Assembly (NCBI GenBank): GCA_913055675.1
Contig: CAJXKY010000004.1
Span: 7,178-71,177, forward strand
DNA length: 64,000 nucleotides
Direction of reading: 5' to 3'
DNA from: an uncultured Halanaerobiales bacterium
GTDB lineage: Bacteria > Bacillota > Halanaerobiia > Halanaerobiales > M55B127
Made by a program: the position numbers and the translations under genes
Notes under the pieces: model-generated
Told to the model about the DNA's origin: nothing
The model's input: the letters and a program-made list of their open reading frames with translations, nothing else
The model's database searches: none
Shown: positions 56,731 to 64,000 of the stretch, piece after piece
Layout: each line of letters starts with the position of its first letter
How positions within the stretch are numbered: position 1 is the first letter of the stretch

Positions 56731-57489
56731 ATGCGAAAACCTTTTATTGCTGGAAACTGGAAAATGAATAAAACCATATCAGAAGCAAAAGATCTAGTGA
56801 GTTCTTTAAGAGAAAAAGTGGCTGGAATAGAAAACGTAGAAATCGGAGTTTGTCCTCCTGATATCGATTTACCGGATGTTGTAGAAGTTGCTAAAAATAG
56901 TAATATAAAAGTTGGTGGACAAAATATGCACTGGGAAGAAAATGGAGCCTTTACAGGTGATACTTCTCCAGAAATGCTAAAAGAACTCGGTGTAGAGTAT
57001 ATTATAGTAGGTCACTCAGAACGAAGAGAATACTATGATGAAACAGACGAAGAAGTTAATAAAAAAGTTAAAGCAGCCTTTAAACATGGACTTAAACCGA
57101 TTATATGTGTGGGAGAGAGTTTAGAAGAAAGAAAAGCAGATAATACCAGAGAAAAAGTAGAAAATCAGGTTAAAGCTGCCCTGAAAGGTTTAAATCAAAA
57201 ACAGGTAAGTCAGACTGTAATAGCTTATGAACCACTTTGGGCTATTGGGACTGGAGAATCTGCAAGTGCAAAACAGGCTAATGAAGTAATAAGCTATATT
57301 AGAGATGTTATAGAAACTCAATACTTAGATGCTGCTGAAGACGTAAGAATTCAATATGGTGGTAGCGTTAAACCCCATAATATAGAAGAATTTATGTCTG
57401 AGAGTGATATTGATGGTGCCTTAGTAGGAGGAGCAAGCCTACAAGCAGAATCATTTGCACAAATTGTTAAAAGGACTTCCGAAAGATAA
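56731..57489 (+). CDS. tpiA: Triose-phosphate isomerase
   Basis: 252 aa. GNWKMN, GHSERR and AYEPLWAIGTG. Confidence 0.95.
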   Translation: MRKPFIAGNWKMNKTISEAKDLVSSLREKVAGIENVEIGVCPPDIDLPDVVEVAKNSNIKVGGQNMHWEENGAFTGDTSPEMLKELGVEYIIVGHSERREYYDETDEEVNKKVKAAFKHGLKPIICVGESLEERKADNTREKVENQVKAALKGLNQKQVSQTVIAYEPLWAIGTGESASAKQANEVISYIRDVIETQYLDAAEDVRIQYGGSVKPHNIEEFMSESDIDGALVGGASLQAESFAQIVKRTSER

Positions 57490-57527
57490 TCAGATTTTTT
57501 TAAAGGTATAGAACAGGAGGTGTTCGA

Positions 57528-60378
<2,851 letters not shown>

Positions 60379-60410
60379 TTAAAACAAAAATTAAATAGAT
60401 TTGAACAAGA

Positions 60411-60437
60411 AGGTGGGGATTTCCCCACCTTTTTTTG
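60411..60437 (+). terminator. Rho-independent terminator ending the glycolytic operon
   Basis: AGGTGGGG-ATTT-CCCCACCT followed by T7. Confidence 0.85.
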
Positions 60438-60491
60438 TCTTAAATTACTGCCACATTAATATTTTTGAATATTTAAACAATAATATATAGA

Positions 60492-60544
60492 TTGACAAAC
60501 CACAATATATTTGGTAAGCTTAAAATAATAAACTGAACGGTCGG
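60492..60544 (+). promoter_or_regulatory. Promoter and imperfect palindrome upstream of the TetR gene
   Basis: TTGACA (60492-60497), 17-nt spacer, TGgTAAGCT. ACTGAACGGTCGGT (60531-60544) pairs at 5 of 7 positions and shares the ACTGA half-site with the 42552 palindrome. Confidence 0.35.
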
Positions 60545-60567
60545 TCGAGAAATTAGGAGTTGATTTA

Positions 60568-61155
60568 ATGAAGGAAGATACAAGAAAAAACATTATGGAA
60601 ACAGCTGTAAAATTATTTGCAGAAACAGGATTTAAAGATACTTCGATATCTAAAATTGCCAATCAAGCAGATGTCGGAAAAGGAACAATTTATTGGCATT
60701 TTGATAGTAAAGAAGATTTGTTTTTTTCTATAATTAAGGAAAAAGGAAAAGCGTATTTTGATAAGATATTGCAATTAGATAGAAGTGATCTTTCACCGCA
60801 AGAAGTAATTTATCAGTATATAAAAGGAAGGATAGAATTTATTGATAATAATCATAAATTAGCGGAAATGCTAATCAGTAATAATGATGTAATTAATAGA
60901 GAGTTCAAAGAATTAATGGAAAAAAAACATCGTCAAAGTGTTGCAGTATTGGAAAAGGCTATCCAAAGAGGTATAGATAGTGGTGAATTTAGAGAAAGTC
61001 CAAGTAACGAAATAGCTCTAATGATAATCAATTCAACTAATAGTGCTCATAATAATTTTAGCTGTAGCTTAAAAGGCGATAATGAAGAAAGAACCAAGAA
61101 AATATTTGATTTTATAATGTACGGATTAGCAGGGGGTAAAAGAAATGAAAAATAA
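60568..61155 (+). CDS. TetR/AcrR family transcriptional regulator
   Basis: 195 aa, RBS AGGAG. N-terminal HTH FAETGFKDTSISKIANQADVGKGTIYWHFDSKEDL. Confidence 0.9.
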   Translation: MKEDTRKNIMETAVKLFAETGFKDTSISKIANQADVGKGTIYWHFDSKEDLFFSIIKEKGKAYFDKILQLDRSDLSPQEVIYQYIKGRIEFIDNNHKLAEMLISNNDVINREFKELMEKKHRQSVAVLEKAIQRGIDSGEFRESPSNEIALMIINSTNSAHNNFSCSLKGDNEERTKKIFDFIMYGLAGGKRNEK

Positions 61156-62521
61156 GAAGTTTGTTATCATTTTATTAATATTAGTATTTGTGACTAGTTT
61201 AACTGCAAATATAAGTGCAGCAGAAATGTCTTTAGAAGAAGCTATCAAAAATTTCGTCCAAAACAGTTCACAACTTGAAAATGCACGTCGAGATACTAAA
61301 GCTTCAGAAATTGATGTTCAAACATCCAAAAAGGGATTGGCCCCGGAAGTTACTTTACAGTCTTCATATACAAGACTAGGGGAGGCACCTTTAAGTCCTT
61401 CGAAATATTTATTTCAGGGAGTACCAACTGGACAACCCGGTACATTGGTTGGCGAAATGGTTCCAATTGAATTTAAAGAACAACCTCAGGATAATTACAG
61501 TACCACTCTAACTATAAATAAGCCGCTTTATTTAGGCGGTCAGGTTAAAAACGGTACCAAGTTAAGTAATAAAGCTGTTCAGTTAAATGAACTTAAATAT
61601 GAACAGACTTTAAATAATAATTTGAATTCAGTTATTCAGGCCTACTTTAATGTATTAATTAAAGAAGGAATCCTTGAGATACAACGTAATTCATTAAAAC
61701 TGGTCGAAAACCATCTCGAAAATGTTCAAAAAAATTATGAAGCAGGACTTGTGGTAAAAAGTGATGTAAATGAAGTTAAGATTGAGGTAAATAAAACAAA
61801 ACAATCAATTTTAACTGCAGAAAACGATTTAAAAATTGCTAAAAAAAGATTAGCAGATCTTTTAGAAATAGAAAATACTGATTTCACTTTAAAACAACCT
61901 GATATCCCAGAAGTGGAAAAAGATCTACAAACTCAACTTGATAAAGCTTATCAAAACAAGTTTGAATTAAAAAGCCTAGAAATAAATCAGGAAATGAAAA
62001 ATATAAATAAGGAAATGGAAGACAATTTATATAAACCGTCCTTTTTCTTAAGAGGCAATTATAGTTTTGAGGGCAATTCCCTTGATTTTAATGATGGTAA
62101 TTTTACAATAACTCTTAGTGGTTCAGTTACCCTTTATGATGGTAACAAATCTGAACTTAATCAAAAGAAAATTGAACTTGAAAAAGAAAACTTAGAAAAT
62201 AATGAAAAACAGATTAAAAGGAATATTGAAACAGAGATTATGCAGGCTTTATATAAAATCGATGAAAATAAACAAAGCCTAGAAATAGATAAATCAAATG
62301 AAGAACAGGCCCAGGAAAATTACCAACAGGCCGTAAAAAGGTTTGATAATGGAGTAGGAACTAGTTTGGATGTCTTAAGAGCTGAAACTAACCTTAATCA
62401 AATTAGAATTAGTAAAAACCAAACCCATTACCAATATATAATGAGCTTATATAATTTGATGCATAAAACAGGAACTTTAAATAAATATTTTGAGGATGTG
62501 ATTCAAAATGAAATTAAATAA
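61145..62521 (+). CDS. TolC family outer-membrane efflux protein
   Basis: 458 aa, overlaps the TetR stop. Signal peptide ...LTANISAAE. Two repeated TolC-like halves (LSLEEAI...N..L ; LDVLRAETNLNQ). Confidence 0.85.
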   Translation: MKNKKFVIILLILVFVTSLTANISAAEMSLEEAIKNFVQNSSQLENARRDTKASEIDVQTSKKGLAPEVTLQSSYTRLGEAPLSPSKYLFQGVPTGQPGTLVGEMVPIEFKEQPQDNYSTTLTINKPLYLGGQVKNGTKLSNKAVQLNELKYEQTLNNNLNSVIQAYFNVLIKEGILEIQRNSLKLVENHLENVQKNYEAGLVVKSDVNEVKIEVNKTKQSILTAENDLKIAKKRLADLLEIENTDFTLKQPDIPEVEKDLQTQLDKAYQNKFELKSLEINQEMKNINKEMEDNLYKPSFFLRGNYSFEGNSLDFNDGNFTITLSGSVTLYDGNKSELNQKKIELEKENLENNEKQIKRNIETEIMQALYKIDENKQSLEIDKSNEEQAQENYQQAVKRFDNGVGTSLDVLRAETNLNQIRISKNQTHYQYIMSLYNLMHKTGTLNKYFEDVIQNEIK

Positions 62522-64000
62522 AATATTATACATGACTTTAATCTTGATATTATCTTTTTCACTTTTGGCCGGAGCTCAAGAACCCGTTAAAACAATTCAA
62601 CCCAAAAGAGAAGATATTGCAGTAACCGAACTTCTTTCTGGGAAAGTAATTCCGGAGAAGACAGTTAACTTACCTGCAGAAATAAATGGTGTTGTAGAGA
62701 AGCTATATGTATCTGTTGGGGATAAGGTAAATAAAGGAGATAAGATTTTAGAATTTGATAAAAGTCAACTTTTAATCCAAAAGAAACAGTCTGAAGCCGG
62801 TTTAGAAGCAGCTCAGGCTAATTTGGATCAACTGCAAAAAGGAGCTTCAAAAGAAGATATCCAGAGTGCAGAAGCGAATTATGAACAAGCCCAGATTTCT
62901 CTTGAAAGTGCGAAAGAAAACTTAGAATTAATTAAAGAAATATATAATGATAAAAGTAATTTAAAACAACAGTTAGTTAATGCAGAGTCACAGTTTAAAA
63001 ATGCTGAAAAACAATTGGAATCAGCAGAGGAAAGGGTCAATCAAGCAAAAAAATCATTACAACAGGCCGAAGTTGGTGTCAGACAAGCTGAAAACAATTT
63101 AAATCAGGCCCAAAATGATTATGAAAGAATGCAGCAACTTTATGAGGATAACGTAATTAGTGAAAAGGAATTAGAAGGAGCAAAACTACAGCTTGAAAAT
63201 GCTCGTTCATCTTATGAAAATGCACAATTACAGGTTGATAATGCTAGAGTATCAATTGAAAGTGCTCGAATTGCAAAAGAGCAAGCAGAGTTATCATTAA
63301 ATACTTCTGAACAGATGTATGAAATAGCTAGAGATAATTATAATAATCCAACTCAGTTAAAACAACAGTTGCAGTCTGCTAAAAATCAAGTTAATGTTTC
63401 TGAAGTAAATAAAAGGATAGCAAAGATAAATGTTGATAAAGTAAAAAAAGGTGCAGATGCTGAACAAATCAGGGCTAGTAAAGCGAATGTAAAACAAGCT
63501 GAAGCCGGTTTGGAAAGGGTTGAAGACCAACTTTCCAAAGCTGTAATTACAAGTCCTATTAGTGCTCATATTGCAACTGTAAACACAGAAGAAAATGAAA
63601 TGATCGGTCAGGGAACACCTGTTGTTAGATTAGCTGTTACAGATACTTTAAATGTAAATACGACAGTAACTTCTGAGTTAAGACCACTTATTAATAAGGG
63701 AGATACTGTAAATATAGTAGTTAAGAACGGAAAGACCAGAGTCTTTGAAGGCAAAATCAAAACTATTTCTCCAGTAATAGATCCTCAAAATGAAGCTTAT
63801 CCAGTAGTTATTGAATTTACTGGTAAGCCAAAGAATGTATATCCTGGCATGTTTGTGGATGTAAGAATACGTAAGGACAGTGCTAGAGAAGCTTTAACTT
63901 TACCGGTTGATACAGTACTTGATCTAGAAAGCTTCCCATATGTATATGTTATTCAGGATGGTCAAGCTGTTAAAAATGATGTTGAGATCGGGATTATATA
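62508..64000 (+). CDS. HlyD-family efflux periplasmic adaptor subunit (3' end outside window)
   Basis: ATG at 62508 overlaps the TolC stop. I read the frame as open to base 64000; it is absent from the track because it has no stop in the window. Signal peptide, lipoyl-like GDKVNKGDKILEFD, a coiled-coil hairpin of roughly 230 aa, then ITSPISAHIATVN and a beta-barrel domain. Confidence 0.85.
   Translation, partial: MKLNKILYMTLILILSFSLLAGAQEPVKTIQPKREDIAVTELLSGKVIPEKTVNLPAEINGVVEKLYVSVGDKVNKGDKILEFDKSQLLIQKKQSEAGLEAAQANLDQLQKGASKEDIQSAEANYEQAQISLESAKENLELIKEIYNDKSNLKQQLVNAESQFKNAEKQLESAEERVNQAKKSLQQAEVGVRQAENNLNQAQNDYERMQQLYEDNVISEKELEGAKLQLENARSSYENAQLQVDNARVSIESARIAKEQAELSLNTSEQMYEIARDNYNNPTQLKQQLQSAKNQVNVSEVNKRIAKINVDKVKKGADAEQIRASKANVKQAEAGLERVEDQLSKAVITSPISAHIATVNTEENEMIGQGTPVVRLAVTDTLNVNTTVTSELRPLINKGDTVNIVVKNGKTRVFEGKIKTISPVIDPQNEAYPVVIEFTGKPKNVYPGMFVDVRIRKDSAREALTLPVDTVLDLESFPYVYVIQDGQAVKNDVEIGII

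Overview
AT-rich, gene-dense core-chromosome window: about 60 CDS, all but one on the + strand. I recognised no rRNA, tRNA, CRISPR array, transposase or integrase. By inference it comes from a Halanaerobium-like (Halanaerobiales) diderm Firmicute. Firmicute-type genes (sigH, rapZ-yvcK-whiA, rpoN, cggR-gap-pgk-tpiA-gpmI-eno, hpf-secA-prfB, uvrB-uvrA-uvrC, sdaAB/AA, glyA, csaB/tagA) sit beside outer-membrane hallmarks (TolC, beta-barrel-like proteins with aromatic C-termini), and the proteins are acidic. The ORF track needs these corrections:
- prfB needs a +1 programmed frameshift (CTT TGA C at 20109-20115).
- Two genes run off the window edges: a 2-hydroxyacid dehydrogenase at 1..756 and an efflux adaptor at 62508..64000.
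- A 56-aa 2x[4Fe-4S] ferredoxin (39992..40162) and a 43-aa membrane peptide (15435..15566) fall below the track's length cutoff.
- Several starts should move downstream to RBS-supported codons: secA, csp, hpf, uvrC, eno, rpoN, ctpA and others.

Stretches most worth a second look:
1. A co-transcribed 808-aa barrel-like outer-membrane protein plus an exported protein whose N-terminal domain aligns by eye to the thrombospondin C-terminal lectin fold (4049..7872).
2. A 543-aa radical SAM protein with a CX5CX2C cluster motif and a TRAM-like + helix-hairpin-helix tail, divergent from a class-III aminotransferase (740..3878).
3. An hfs-type H2-sensing cluster (34573..40162): Rex-like box, two thioredoxin-like 2Fe-2S proteins, a HydS-type PAS hydrogenase, a PP2C phosphatase with an unassigned C-terminal domain, a second non-canonical [FeFe] hydrogenase and a ferredoxin.
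4. A SPOR + phosphodiester-glycosidase envelope protein with a small barrel OMP (12838..15566).
5. A Glucodextran_C-like membrane protein, squalene/phytoene-synthase-like enzyme and lipid kinase (45763..48712).

Nothing resembles a known defence or mobile system. All family calls come from motif recognition by eye, not database searches.
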